This document shows positions 34,445 through 43,847 of a stretch of DNA of 64,000 nucleotides, piece by piece. The notes under the pieces were generated by a model. The model ran no database searches. It saw only the letters and a list, made by a program, of their open reading frames with translations, and had not been told where the DNA came from. Positions within the stretch are counted from its first letter, which is position 1, and each line of letters opens with the position of its first letter. Made by a program: the position numbers and the translations under genes. Origin of the DNA: a virus (lineage: Duplodnaviria > Heunggongvirae > Uroviricota > Caudoviricetes); the IMG/VR virus record IMGVR_UViG_3300005329_000001; one strand, given 5' to 3'.

Positions 34445-34641
34445 TGGACGACGAGCTCACAACTCTTCTTCGTCAGTCGAATCCTGACCAGCTCGACAAG
34501 CTCAATTCTCAAGGTAAAGCGATCAACCAGGCCTTGATGAATGTTGGCGTCCAGCCGGACTATACGGCGGATGTCTCCGAGATGCAGAAGAACGGCTTCG
34601 TTTGGGACGGGTATCGCTGGGTGAAGCCGGAGGGTAAGTGA
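34441..34641 (+). CDS. Small hypothetical protein (66 aa)
   Basis: RBS GGGAGG. Coupled starts. Confidence 0.45.
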   Translation: MMDDELTTLLRQSNPDQLDKLNSQGKAINQALMNVGVQPDYTADVSEMQKNGFVWDGYRWVKPEGK

Positions 34642-34642
34642 T

Positions 34643-34864
34643 ATGGCAAAGATAAGGCCGAATCTCAAGAAGAACAATCGAGGTCAGGTTACGGCGAAGC
34701 TGCAACAGCTACTCACGGATCTCAACGCAAACAAGTACCGCCTTCTCATCTTTCATGCGGGTCCAGGGCAGTATGGGATTCTCATTTCTTCAAGTACGCC
34801 GAACCCCACCGCTGACCAAAACTCGCTCTCTGCGATTCTGGATTCTGTGCTCGGAGTTGGTTGA
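34643..34864 (+). CDS. Small hypothetical protein (73 aa)
   Basis: RBS GGAGGG. Confidence 0.45.
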   Translation: MAKIRPNLKKNNRGQVTAKLQQLLTDLNANKYRLLIFHAGPGQYGILISSSTPNPTADQNSLSAILDSVLGVG

Positions 34865-36474
34865 TGTCACAACTGTTCGATGTCGAGCTTCCCCTGTCGG
34901 GCGCTGGAGGGCCAACTCTTAGCGGCGGAGCTCGCTTCCTGTCGGCTGGTGGTGGACTGCCGAATAGAATCACTACCCAAGCAGACGTTCTGATCGACAA
35001 CGTCATGACGACAAACTACGGCGGAGTTATTATCGATCCGACGGAGACATTCGCTTGGATCTCCAATTGGGGCAGTGGCGCGGGAACGATTACTCAATAC
35101 GCTCTCGCAAGTGGAACACCGGGAACGTCGTTGGCGTACCCAACGATGGGTCTCTTCCCGTTTGACAACAGTCTCTTCTACGCAGCGGACTACACAGACA
35201 ACCTCATACAAGAGTTACAGTGGGACGGCACGCTCGTCAGCTCTACGTCATTCTCGCAGGTCTCTGTCGTGGCGCGAGTTCCTGGCACGACTGGTAAGGT
35301 CTGGGGTATTCCATATCCCGGTGGTGCAGCCACAGAAGTAGCAATAGGAGGAGCTCCGACAGCTCGCACGATTGCCGGAGTTTTCTTTGGGATTTGGGCC
35401 ACCACAGGTTTCATTTACCTGTCGGATATGGTCAACATCTATAAGTATGACGAGCCGACGCTCACGCTCCAAGATACGTGGGCGGTGAGGCAGAATTCTT
35501 CTTCACGCCCTGGTGACAGTGGGCTTGCTCAGTACGTCAATTGGTTCTTCATCGACAGCAATAACAAGCCAGTGTTGTATGAAGGCTTGCACGGCAATAT
35601 CGATCGCTTCGCTTCTGTTGGTGGCACTCCGGCACCGGTCGATAAGCGGCTGGTGTATTCACAGCCACAACTCGGCGGCAGCGGGTCATTCTTTTATCCT
35701 GGCGATAACAATATTGTTTCACCTCCCATCCACTACCTAGCAAACGGTAAGTACGCAGCGTTTGCTGTTCCATGGAATAACGACGCTTCGGATTACACTC
35801 ATATCAGCGTCCTATTCAAAAACCTTTTTGGGACGCAGAGAGCTCGTTGGATCTGGAACAATGCGACCGGGCAGACTGCGACGATCACCAGAATCGTTGT
35901 TCCAGGGAATCTCGCAGATGACCGCGGCAGCACGTATGACCTGAGAAAGGCGCACTGCTTCTACTCGACCGATGGAGGAGCCACCAGAACACCGTTCATG
36001 CCGGGTGGAACGCTCAGTGTTCCCGTCATCAATGGCTCAGCTCTTACAGTCGATGTCGACATTGTGGAAGGGGACGGGCAAGCCACCAACCCGCCGTACA
36101 TTGGGGGTGATGCTGGTGAGGGTGTCCATCTTGTCTTCAGTGTCCCGACGGGCGGCGCAGGTATTCCGACCACGAACTTTACGCCAGCGCCGGGAACCCC
36201 TCTCAGCCCGCAGCAGGTGGTTCAGTTCGACGTGATCGATACGACCTCACCCTTCAGAGAAGTCTTCATCGTGGCGTCGTTCGATGGCGGAACTCAGAGA
36301 GAGCTCGTCTACGATGCGGATGGCTTCAATCCTGCCCACTACGCAGGTGTTTCGAACACCAAGACAACGATCACCAATGGCTTCCGATTCACCCTTTTGC
36401 GCGACGGCGGCTGGTTTGGAGCGTTGAGCATCAAGGTGTATGCTATCGACGAAGGCGGCGGTGAAAATCCATGA
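34861..36474 (+). CDS. Putative virion structural protein (537 aa), G/T/S-rich
   Basis: ORF track. Located in the structural block. Beta-rich composition. Confidence 0.5.
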   Translation: MMSQLFDVELPLSGAGGPTLSGGARFLSAGGGLPNRITTQADVLIDNVMTTNYGGVIIDPTETFAWISNWGSGAGTITQYALASGTPGTSLAYPTMGLFPFDNSLFYAADYTDNLIQELQWDGTLVSSTSFSQVSVVARVPGTTGKVWGIPYPGGAATEVAIGGAPTARTIAGVFFGIWATTGFIYLSDMVNIYKYDEPTLTLQDTWAVRQNSSSRPGDSGLAQYVNWFFIDSNNKPVLYEGLHGNIDRFASVGGTPAPVDKRLVYSQPQLGGSGSFFYPGDNNIVSPPIHYLANGKYAAFAVPWNNDASDYTHISVLFKNLFGTQRARWIWNNATGQTATITRIVVPGNLADDRGSTYDLRKAHCFYSTDGGATRTPFMPGGTLSVPVINGSALTVDVDIVEGDGQATNPPYIGGDAGEGVHLVFSVPTGGAGIPTTNFTPAPGTPLSPQQVVQFDVIDTTSPFREVFIVASFDGGTQRELVYDADGFNPAHYAGVSNTKTTITNGFRFTLLRDGGWFGALSIKVYAIDEGGGENP

Positions 36475-36809
36475 GTACCTGGAACCAGTGGCCAATAATC
36501 GAGCCGGCGCCGCCGTCGCCGACTCCGCCAACTCCGATCCCAGCCCCGATCGGGCCGCAGCCGCCACCGCTGCCGGTCGTGCCAGCTCCACCTCCTGGCG
36601 TTCCCCGCAAGGACGTCAGGACGCGGATCATCACCAGCGACGGTACAGCGCTCGAGCTCAGAATCCTCGACGGGCTTCTCGTGGATGACGTCCTCATCCA
36701 AGGAGCGAAGGCTGAAGGCTACAGGGTCATGACGGGCAAGGACGTCTTCCCAACTACCGGCCGGGACATCAAGGACTACTTGATCCGACTCGGCTTCGTG
36801 ACGGAGTAA
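36471..36809 (+). CDS. Proline-rich small protein (112 aa)
   Basis: N-terminus PAPPSPTPPTPIPAPIGPQPPPLPVVPAPPPGVP. Confidence 0.45.
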   Translation: MSTWNQWPIIEPAPPSPTPPTPIPAPIGPQPPPLPVVPAPPPGVPRKDVRTRIITSDGTALELRILDGLLVDDVLIQGAKAEGYRVMTGKDVFPTTGRDIKDYLIRLGFVTE

Positions 36810-36812
36810 CGG

Positions 36813-38099
36813 ATGGCGACCTTCTATCAGATGACACCCGATGCCTTCAACTCTGGCTTCCAGGGCCTCAAGAAGGATGCGAAGACGAGTGCAGCGACGG
36901 CGGATGTGACCCACGAGCCCGATGCCCGCTTCGCCAACGTTCGTCGCCCTGTTCGAGGCATCCAGATCAAGGAAGACACCTACGCCACCATCCAGGTGAG
37001 GACCGCCGACGGGCGTAGCCAGCCTCTCATCGATGCCGGCGGCAATAGAACTGGAGACGACGGGTTCAGCACAACCCAGATCTACTCCAACTTCCTAATC
37101 CAGAATCTGCAGGTGCAGTGGGTCGAGAAGAAGCAGATCGTCGAGACGTTCGGCGAGCCCTACATCTTCTTCTATGGACAGCACCCAGTCATGCTTCAAG
37201 TCTCGGGCGTCCTCCTCAATACCGAGGACTTCAACTGGCGCTCTGAGTTCATGGAGAATTACAACCTCTACCTCCGCGGCACGGCCTGCGTGCAGAACAA
37301 GACGAGAGTCTATCTGTCGTGGGACACGATCGTGACCGAGGGCTACATCCTCGAGTGCTCGACACAGGAAGTCTCCGCGGAGCGCCACTGGTTGAGTTTC
37401 TCGTTCACCATGTTCCTCACCAACTACGCGGATGTCTCGCCAATTGGCCTTTCGGATTTCCCACGCCCGGCCGAGTTCCAGCTCGATGCGACCAGCTTCG
37501 ACACTTCTGGGTTCGGAACCGGCTTCGGCGTCTCCCGCGACCTGGCCCAAGAACGCCTTGTGAACGCGGCCGTCTTCGGTTCGAACTCACTGCTGGACAC
37601 GGTGAAGAGCCTCATCACCGACGCGAGTGGCTTCTTGAGTGGGGTGGCGCAGGACACTCTCTCCCTCTTCTCGGGCCGGCAGGTCCTCGTTCCCGCAGGT
37701 CTCGCACCAGATCCGTCCGACACCCCAGAGCTCGCCTTCGGATCAGTCGGCATCGTCTCTCCGATCAATGGGCGAGTGGTAACACTGCCCCCTGGCAATG
37801 ATCGATTCGCAGCGGCAGTCTACGGCCCCATCCAGAAGAATCTCGACGAGTACATCGCCCGTCTGCCTGCGTGGGGTGCCAATACGCAGCCCATCGTCTC
37901 GGACATCTTCAACGAGCAGACAGCGAGTTCGGCGGACCTCACAAACCTCATCCAATCGGCGGTCGCTGGATTCGGTATCAAGGCGCCAGCGCCCGCGGAT
38001 CTTGTCACAGCCGGCAAGGATGGTAAGTTCGCAACCATCGCATCGTTCTCGCCGGATTCGACCATCACGAAAGTCAGCGGCGGCCTTCCGGGCCTGTAA
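36813..38099 (+). CDS. Putative virion structural protein (428 aa)
   Basis: ORF track. RBS GGAG. Confidence 0.5.
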   Translation: MATFYQMTPDAFNSGFQGLKKDAKTSAATADVTHEPDARFANVRRPVRGIQIKEDTYATIQVRTADGRSQPLIDAGGNRTGDDGFSTTQIYSNFLIQNLQVQWVEKKQIVETFGEPYIFFYGQHPVMLQVSGVLLNTEDFNWRSEFMENYNLYLRGTACVQNKTRVYLSWDTIVTEGYILECSTQEVSAERHWLSFSFTMFLTNYADVSPIGLSDFPRPAEFQLDATSFDTSGFGTGFGVSRDLAQERLVNAAVFGSNSLLDTVKSLITDASGFLSGVAQDTLSLFSGRQVLVPAGLAPDPSDTPELAFGSVGIVSPINGRVVTLPPGNDRFAAAVYGPIQKNLDEYIARLPAWGANTQPIVSDIFNEQTASSADLTNLIQSAVAGFGIKAPAPADLVTAGKDGKFATIASFSPDSTITKVSGGLPGL

Positions 38100-38107
38100 G
38101 GGGTTCC

Positions 38108-41100
38108 ATGCACGGAGTCGGGCAGCAGCTCAAGCTGAGGCTGTTTCTTGAGGGCATCGAGGTCCCCGTCATCGGGGTCACCGTGCAGGTGAGCTTGAAC
38201 TCGCCGGCGACAGCCGCGATTCAGATCATCCCTCTCGATAGCATCATGAACTTCAAGCCGAGGACGATGGTCCATGTCTTCTTCTACGACTACACCAACG
38301 ACCTGCCAGATGCGGTCCCGCCTGGCGCTGGCCCAGAGACCCAAACGGACGCTTCCATCCCCCTCTCGAACTACAGCCTCTTGTTCTGCGGTGAAGTCAT
38401 CGGGCTGGCGATGCAAGAGACGCCCCTCTCCCGCTCCGCGGTTCTGCAGTGCGCGGATTTCTCGACGTACTGGGATACTGCGTACCAGATGATGATCACC
38501 TACGGCCCGAGCGGTAACTTCCTCACGGAAGAGAGCGCAATTTGGGCCGGCGGGAACGCCATCTTCAACGACATCATCGATGGCCACTCGTCGGTGATGA
38601 ATACGTACCTCAACCAGAAGCCGCAGACGCCCGGTCTCCAGAACGTGAAGGGCCTCATGGGAGGCATCATCTCGCTCCTCGAGGCTATGGGTGGCGTCCC
38701 GCGGCACACGCACGGCATCAACGACTTCTTCACCATTGCCGAGCTCAAGAATCACCTCCTCCAGCAGATCACCGCTGAGCAGAACGACAACACGGCTCAG
38801 CGACTCTTCGATGAGAAGGAGTTCATGGCGTGGCTCGAGCGAGGTATTACCAGCCTTGGAGAGCTCGTCACGTTCCGAGACATGATCAAGCTGCTCTTCA
38901 ATTGGGTCTACTACGAGGTGGTGCCGATTACGTCACCTCTCTACGTCCCTGGCGTGCAGCAGACGACCTCGACGAAGAAGGTAACCGTCTCGAGCTCATT
39001 CAACTTCCCGGCCGCCGTCGACACAGAGCTCACCGACCTCGCTCAGCAGGCGAAGAAGCAATTCGACGACGGCAATGCTCAGCTCCACAACCTCGGCTGG
39101 ATCGCCAGTACGGCTCAGATCGCGCAGAACCTGATTTCCTCCCTGAACCGTATTCTTCTGACCCCGAACATGAATCCGAAGGTCACCAAGAACCTTCAGA
39201 AGGCTATCTCGTTCGCGCTCAATCTCATTCAGGCGAAGAACCAGCCAACCAAGATCGCCTCCGGGCCTGCGCACATCGGAGACAACTGGACCTCAATCCA
39301 GAACGCCCTCAACGATGCACGTGCGGCTGGCAAGGACCAGGCGAAGAAGACCACCACGCAGAAGACGGTCAACAACCCGCCAGAGCTCGATCGCCTGCAG
39401 ACCCAGGTCTTCCGGCCAGATTGCTTCTTTGCTGCTCCTCCGAAGTGCAACGTCATCTTCCCGGAGCAGTACACCCAGTTCAGCTATAGTCGCAACTTCC
39501 TTCAGGAAGTGACGCGTCTTCGTCTGCAGACGGGCATGACCTTCATCCCGTCGGACGAGAAGCTTCTCGCCAACTACCACTACGCTCCATCGATGAAGGA
39601 GATCCAAGAGCTCGCCAAGAAGCAGGGCGCGTCTGGCATCCGGTCTCTTCTGCCGTGGGAGAAGTTCTCCGGCATTCTGCCCAAGTTCGAGCTCGTCTCT
39701 GAGGTCAACTACATCGCCAACAAGCGAGAGGCGCAGATCAAGAAGAACGTGGTGGGCCAGGCGGTCAACTACGCTCAGCGCGCTGCGAACTTCAACTACC
39801 TGAAGTACCGCTTCGCGGCGCGGACACTCGAGGTCTCGCTGAAGTTCAATCCGTTCTTGGTGCCTGGCTTCCCAGCACTGCTCATCACCAAGCCGTTCAT
39901 TCTCGATCCGCAGTTGGTCGACGCCGCCCTGGCGGATACGAACAACAGCGAGATCAAGCCGACGGACATGACGGATATCATCGCCAACATTGGGACGCTC
40001 GCCTCCGCCTTCAGAGCGCCGACGCACTACCTCGGCATGATTGCAACGATGACGCACCAGGTGGGCCAAGAGGGAGCGACCACGAGCGTCACGATGACGC
40101 ACGCCCGGTCGCACCGCATCACCGAGGATGACTTCCTGTCGCTCTACGCGGCCCAGTACCAGTCGGATACGCAGAAGACCGAGGTGAGTACGGTCCTCGA
40201 TGCGGCCTCACTCATTTCACAGGGCGACTACAAGAACCTCAAGTCTCTCATCGACATCACTACTCAGAATGCGCCTGACGAGGCGAAGCAGATCGCGCAA
40301 GACAACCAGCAGGCACAGCAGAACGTCAATCCGTTCGGCGACCAGCAGCCTCTGGACCCGTGGGAGGCCACGAGCCGGCCGAGTGCTGTCTTCCGTCCGG
40401 CAAACCTCGACAGCATCGCCCCCATCCTTCAAGCGCCCTCCATCGACCTGAGCTCAACCGTGGTGGCGTCTTCGACGCTTGTCCAACCGAGCGGGTCCAT
40501 CCCTCTTCGAGCCAAGACGATTCAGGCGGAGAGGCCGAACGGTACGAAGATTCTCTCCCCCGCCACCGCCGGCAAGCTTCGCGTCGGTCAGAAGGGTCCA
40601 AAGGGAGGGACCATCACGCAGATCCAGGTGGCCTCCGACCAGGTCATGGCAGTGAGCATCCAGGACCTCGAGTTCGCCGAACAGGGCAAGACTGGACGGA
40701 AGCAGAGCGTTCAGACAGCTCTGAAGCCGAACAAGAACGCCAAGACGGTCTATGTCTGGCAGAAGGCTGTCATCTACGAGCAGCAGACCAGCAACAAGGT
40801 TTTGCGCCCCATTCCGGTTGAAGAGTCGCTGCGGCCGCCCTGGTTCTCGCCGCTCTACTCGAACCTCTTCATCGGGGACAACATCTACCAGCAGTTTTTT
40901 GGAACTGGGTCCATCGTCGATCAGGCCGTGTTCCAGACGCCGTTTGGCACCGGTGCGACGGGGACCAACAGGCAGAAGCAGCGCGAGCTGGTGAGCCAGG
41001 TCGAGGCGGCGGACGGTGACATTCAGAAGATTCAGCAGATCCTCTCGAATGCCACGCCAGATCAGCTCTCTGACATCCCGTCCATCGAGCAGTCGGCTGA

Positions 41101-41482
41101 CGTCCTCGCCTATCTCTACGGCGAGGTGCGGCGTCAGGGCCTGGACGTCCACCGCTTCATTGCGGACTACACCCACCGGCCGGTGGCGACGCTTGAGAAC
41201 GTCTTGGGGTCTGTCGATCTGACATATGAGCAGAACGGCAGCACCCTGAGCAAGACCGCGGGCGTGCCTGGCTTCCACTCGACGGCGGTTGGGCCCTACA
41301 GCAACCTCGTTGGTCTTCTCGACAACCCCGACCAAGAACTCCCTCGTCTCAAGACGAAGGGCAAGAAGTTCGCGATCTCGAAGGCTCTCGACCCGAGACC
41401 GGATCGGCGTGCCGCGGTGCAGGAGTATTCCGATGAGCTTGGCGGAGGTACGGGATCCTTGGGTATCGGGCTCTTAGGCTGA
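38108..41482 (+). CDS. Large putative tail or baseplate-associated structural protein (1124 aa)
   Basis: ORF track. RBS AAGGGG. No catalytic motif recognised. Confidence 0.55.
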   Translation: MHGVGQQLKLRLFLEGIEVPVIGVTVQVSLNSPATAAIQIIPLDSIMNFKPRTMVHVFFYDYTNDLPDAVPPGAGPETQTDASIPLSNYSLLFCGEVIGLAMQETPLSRSAVLQCADFSTYWDTAYQMMITYGPSGNFLTEESAIWAGGNAIFNDIIDGHSSVMNTYLNQKPQTPGLQNVKGLMGGIISLLEAMGGVPRHTHGINDFFTIAELKNHLLQQITAEQNDNTAQRLFDEKEFMAWLERGITSLGELVTFRDMIKLLFNWVYYEVVPITSPLYVPGVQQTTSTKKVTVSSSFNFPAAVDTELTDLAQQAKKQFDDGNAQLHNLGWIASTAQIAQNLISSLNRILLTPNMNPKVTKNLQKAISFALNLIQAKNQPTKIASGPAHIGDNWTSIQNALNDARAAGKDQAKKTTTQKTVNNPPELDRLQTQVFRPDCFFAAPPKCNVIFPEQYTQFSYSRNFLQEVTRLRLQTGMTFIPSDEKLLANYHYAPSMKEIQELAKKQGASGIRSLLPWEKFSGILPKFELVSEVNYIANKREAQIKKNVVGQAVNYAQRAANFNYLKYRFAARTLEVSLKFNPFLVPGFPALLITKPFILDPQLVDAALADTNNSEIKPTDMTDIIANIGTLASAFRAPTHYLGMIATMTHQVGQEGATTSVTMTHARSHRITEDDFLSLYAAQYQSDTQKTEVSTVLDAASLISQGDYKNLKSLIDITTQNAPDEAKQIAQDNQQAQQNVNPFGDQQPLDPWEATSRPSAVFRPANLDSIAPILQAPSIDLSSTVVASSTLVQPSGSIPLRAKTIQAERPNGTKILSPATAGKLRVGQKGPKGGTITQIQVASDQVMAVSIQDLEFAEQGKTGRKQSVQTALKPNKNAKTVYVWQKAVIYEQQTSNKVLRPIPVEESLRPPWFSPLYSNLFIGDNIYQQFFGTGSIVDQAVFQTPFGTGATGTNRQKQRELVSQVEAADGDIQKIQQILSNATPDQLSDIPSIEQSADVLAYLYGEVRRQGLDVHRFIADYTHRPVATLENVLGSVDLTYEQNGSTLSKTAGVPGFHSTAVGPYSNLVGLLDNPDQELPRLKTKGKKFAISKALDPRPDRRAAVQEYSDELGGGTGSLGIGLLG

Positions 41483-41535
41483 CAAACCACTTCCCGCCAG
41501 GCCCTGCGGCGGGTATCTTCTGGTACGGAGGACGC

Positions 41536-41751
41536 ATGGACTTCACGAAGAAAATGGCGGCAGCTTTCGAAGACGAGCTCAAGAAGATCGCCTTCGAGAA
41601 GCAAGCCAGCGCAGCAGCCGCGGTGGCGAAGAAGCCGTCGCTCCTCGTCCCTGGTCTGGTCGCCGGCTCTCTCGGTACCCTGGCTCTCCAGCGCGCCCAC
41701 AAGGACTGGCGGATGGGTCGCGCCATGCGGATGCAGAACCAGGCCTACTGA
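41536..41751 (+). CDS. Small Ala-rich membrane-associated protein (71 aa)
   Basis: RBS GGAGGA. Hydrophobic segment LLVPGLVAGSLGTLAL. Confidence 0.45.
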   Translation: MDFTKKMAAAFEDELKKIAFEKQASAAAAVAKKPSLLVPGLVAGSLGTLALQRAHKDWRMGRAMRMQNQAY

Positions 41752-42362
41752 TGAACCTCTTGGGCTACAGGGCCTTCACGGCCGAGCTGATCAAGATCGC
41801 CACCGAGGTTCAGGACGCGGACATTCGGGCGATGATGGCCGAGGCAAAGGGCAAGGAGTACCTGCCCGGCGGCCAGATCAGATCGAACGCCGAAGTCGAG
41901 ACCAACTTCAAGCCGAAGCTTGCCATGGGCTTCATGGGCTACACCCCGCCCAGCGCCTACAACTGGCGCGGCAAGAAGCCGACGGCGACAGGCACTCCCT
42001 ACGAGACTGCCTCCAACTTTGCCTCTGCAGCACTCAAGGGCGGCATGACGGGGGCTGGTGCGGCGACGCTGGCGCACACCCTCCATCACGGCCACGATTT
42101 CAAGATTCCACCGAAGCACCTGGGAAAGGCCGTGGCGCTCGGCAGCGGTGTTGCTCTCGCCGATCGGGCGCTCCGCCGGCGGGCGGTCATCAAGCAGCAG
42201 AAGATGAAGACTGCAATGCTCGGCTCCAGCACCTTCACTCCTGCTCGAGCACTCCAGACGGGGCAGCAGCAGGGACACTTCGAAAACAAGCTACACCGCG
42301 GCGTCGTGAAGTCGATGCCCGGCATGATCGGCCGCGAGTCCAGCGCGCCACAAGGAGTCTGA
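41751..42362 (+). CDS. Hypothetical protein (203 aa)
   Basis: ORF track. Coupled start. Confidence 0.45.
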   Translation: MNLLGYRAFTAELIKIATEVQDADIRAMMAEAKGKEYLPGGQIRSNAEVETNFKPKLAMGFMGYTPPSAYNWRGKKPTATGTPYETASNFASAALKGGMTGAGAATLAHTLHHGHDFKIPPKHLGKAVALGSGVALADRALRRRAVIKQQKMKTAMLGSSTFTPARALQTGQQQGHFENKLHRGVVKSMPGMIGRESSAPQGV

Positions 42363-42363
42363 G

Positions 42364-42747
42364 ATGCTGCGTCGAGACGACTACATCAAGATGCTGGAGA
42401 AGCGGGCATCGATCTCCGATGGCGGGAAGATCGGCCCGACGTTCGACCACGACGTCGACAGCGCGGCCGTCGCCAACTCCGAGCACGACAAGAACCTCAA
42501 CGACAACCGCAATACGCTCGGCACCCTCTTCAAGAACATGGGAGAGGCTCAGAAGGTCGAGACGCGGTTTGCCAACAAGTGGTTCCCGTCGGACAAGTTC
42601 GAGAAGGACACGTCAGCGCCCCTGCTCAAGGTGGCGATGGCAGTCCTGAACGAGTCGAGCACGTTCCAGGCATATCCGACGCATTACAAGGCTGCGGCAG
42701 TGCGCAGCTTCATCAACGAGCTGGGCGCAATCCGCACGGGTGGCTGA
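42364..42747 (+). CDS. Hypothetical protein (127 aa)
   Basis: RBS AAGGAG. Confidence 0.5.
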   Translation: MLRRDDYIKMLEKRASISDGGKIGPTFDHDVDSAAVANSEHDKNLNDNRNTLGTLFKNMGEAQKVETRFANKWFPSDKFEKDTSAPLLKVAMAVLNESSTFQAYPTHYKAAAVRSFINELGAIRTGG

Positions 42748-43565
42748 TGCTCAACCGGCAGTTGGCGCACATCCCGGACTACCACACGCAGATCCTCGAT
42801 CTCTTCCTCGATCAGCACGTCAAGACAGCCGCGCCGAAGAAGTCGCGGGAGGAGATGAAGGAGACGCAGAAGAAGGAGCTCGAGCTCTGGCACCATTGGA
42901 ACACCCATGGTCAGAAGCCGGAGCACCTCATCCCTCTGTACGAGAGCTACAAGCCACTTCTCGTTCGAGAGGCGAATAAGTACGCCAACAAGGTCGAGAT
43001 TCCAACCGCCGCCATCCATCACGAGATTGATCGGCACTTCGTCAACGCTATCAAGACCTTCAACCCCAAGCGCGGAACTCAGCTCAACACCTGGGTCCAG
43101 ACGAACCTGCAGAAGTCGTCTCGCTACATCAAGACCTACCAGAACATCGGCAAGATCCCCGAGGGGCAGATCTCCCAGATTCGTCGATTTGATGCGGCGA
43201 AGGAGCATCTGATGAACCAACTCGGGCACGAGCCGGATACCAAGACGTTGGCCGACCATCTTGGTTGGCCTCAGCGCCGCGTCGTTCAGATGATCAAGGA
43301 GCGCCGGCGAGATCTTCCAGCGTCTGGTTTCGAGAGCGACCCCGCTGAGCTCATGACGCCCAAGGAGCTCGAGGCGATCAAGCTGATGCAGTACGACCTC
43401 ACGCCCGAAGAGCGGACGGTCTACGAGTACACCTTCGGCATGAATGGCAAGCCTCGCCATCAGCCGGGCCAGATCGCCAAGACGACCGGCATTCACCCTT
43501 CCAAGGTCTCCCGCATCCGTAATCGCCTCGTCGACAAGCTGAAAGAGGCAATGGAGCTGGTCTGA
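42747..43565 (+). CDS. Sigma-70-family RNA polymerase sigma factor (regions 2 and 4)
   Basis: Region 2-like LIPLYESYKPLLVREANKYAN...IDRHFVNAIKTFNP...TWVQTNLQKSSRYIK. Region 4 HTH GQIAKTTGIHPSKVSRIRNRLVDKLKEA. The start overlaps the upstream stop (TGATG). Confidence 0.7.
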   Translation: MLNRQLAHIPDYHTQILDLFLDQHVKTAAPKKSREEMKETQKKELELWHHWNTHGQKPEHLIPLYESYKPLLVREANKYANKVEIPTAAIHHEIDRHFVNAIKTFNPKRGTQLNTWVQTNLQKSSRYIKTYQNIGKIPEGQISQIRRFDAAKEHLMNQLGHEPDTKTLADHLGWPQRRVVQMIKERRRDLPASGFESDPAELMTPKELEAIKLMQYDLTPEERTVYEYTFGMNGKPRHQPGQIAKTTGIHPSKVSRIRNRLVDKLKEAMELV

Positions 43566-43792
43566 TGGCTGGTGCAGCGCAGAGACTCCAAGAGCTCAAA
43601 GATGCCGCCGACGACTGGTTCTCGAAAGAGAAGAACCGGTTGAATGCACAATTCGACTTCCTCGACAACATCTCCAAGAAGCGAGGAGGCAGCGTCGGTC
43701 TTCAAGACGCCAACGCTCAGGGCGCTTCGAAAATTCTGGCCAACTCGATCAACGACTATCTCGGCTCCCCGCTAGAACCTTCTAACGAGTAG
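43565..43792 (+). CDS. Small hypothetical protein (75 aa)
   Basis: Coupled start GGAGCTGGTCTGATG. Confidence 0.45.
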   Translation: MAGAAQRLQELKDAADDWFSKEKNRLNAQFDFLDNISKKRGGSVGLQDANAQGASKILANSINDYLGSPLEPSNE

Positions 43793-43847
43793 TTCTCTTC
43801 CCAGTCCTTCCCCATCAGGGGAGAATGCTGGACGGAGGACTCCACAA

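Noticed and set aside
39293-41335. Long minus-strand ORFs (39293..40114, 40454..41335) inside the 1124-aa structural gene. Similar ones lie at 42684..43496, 57082..58116, 58120..59508 and 63471..63968.
   Set aside because: All are antisense to large plus-strand genes with consistent GC3 bias. Products are Arg/Leu/Asp/Val-rich without motifs.
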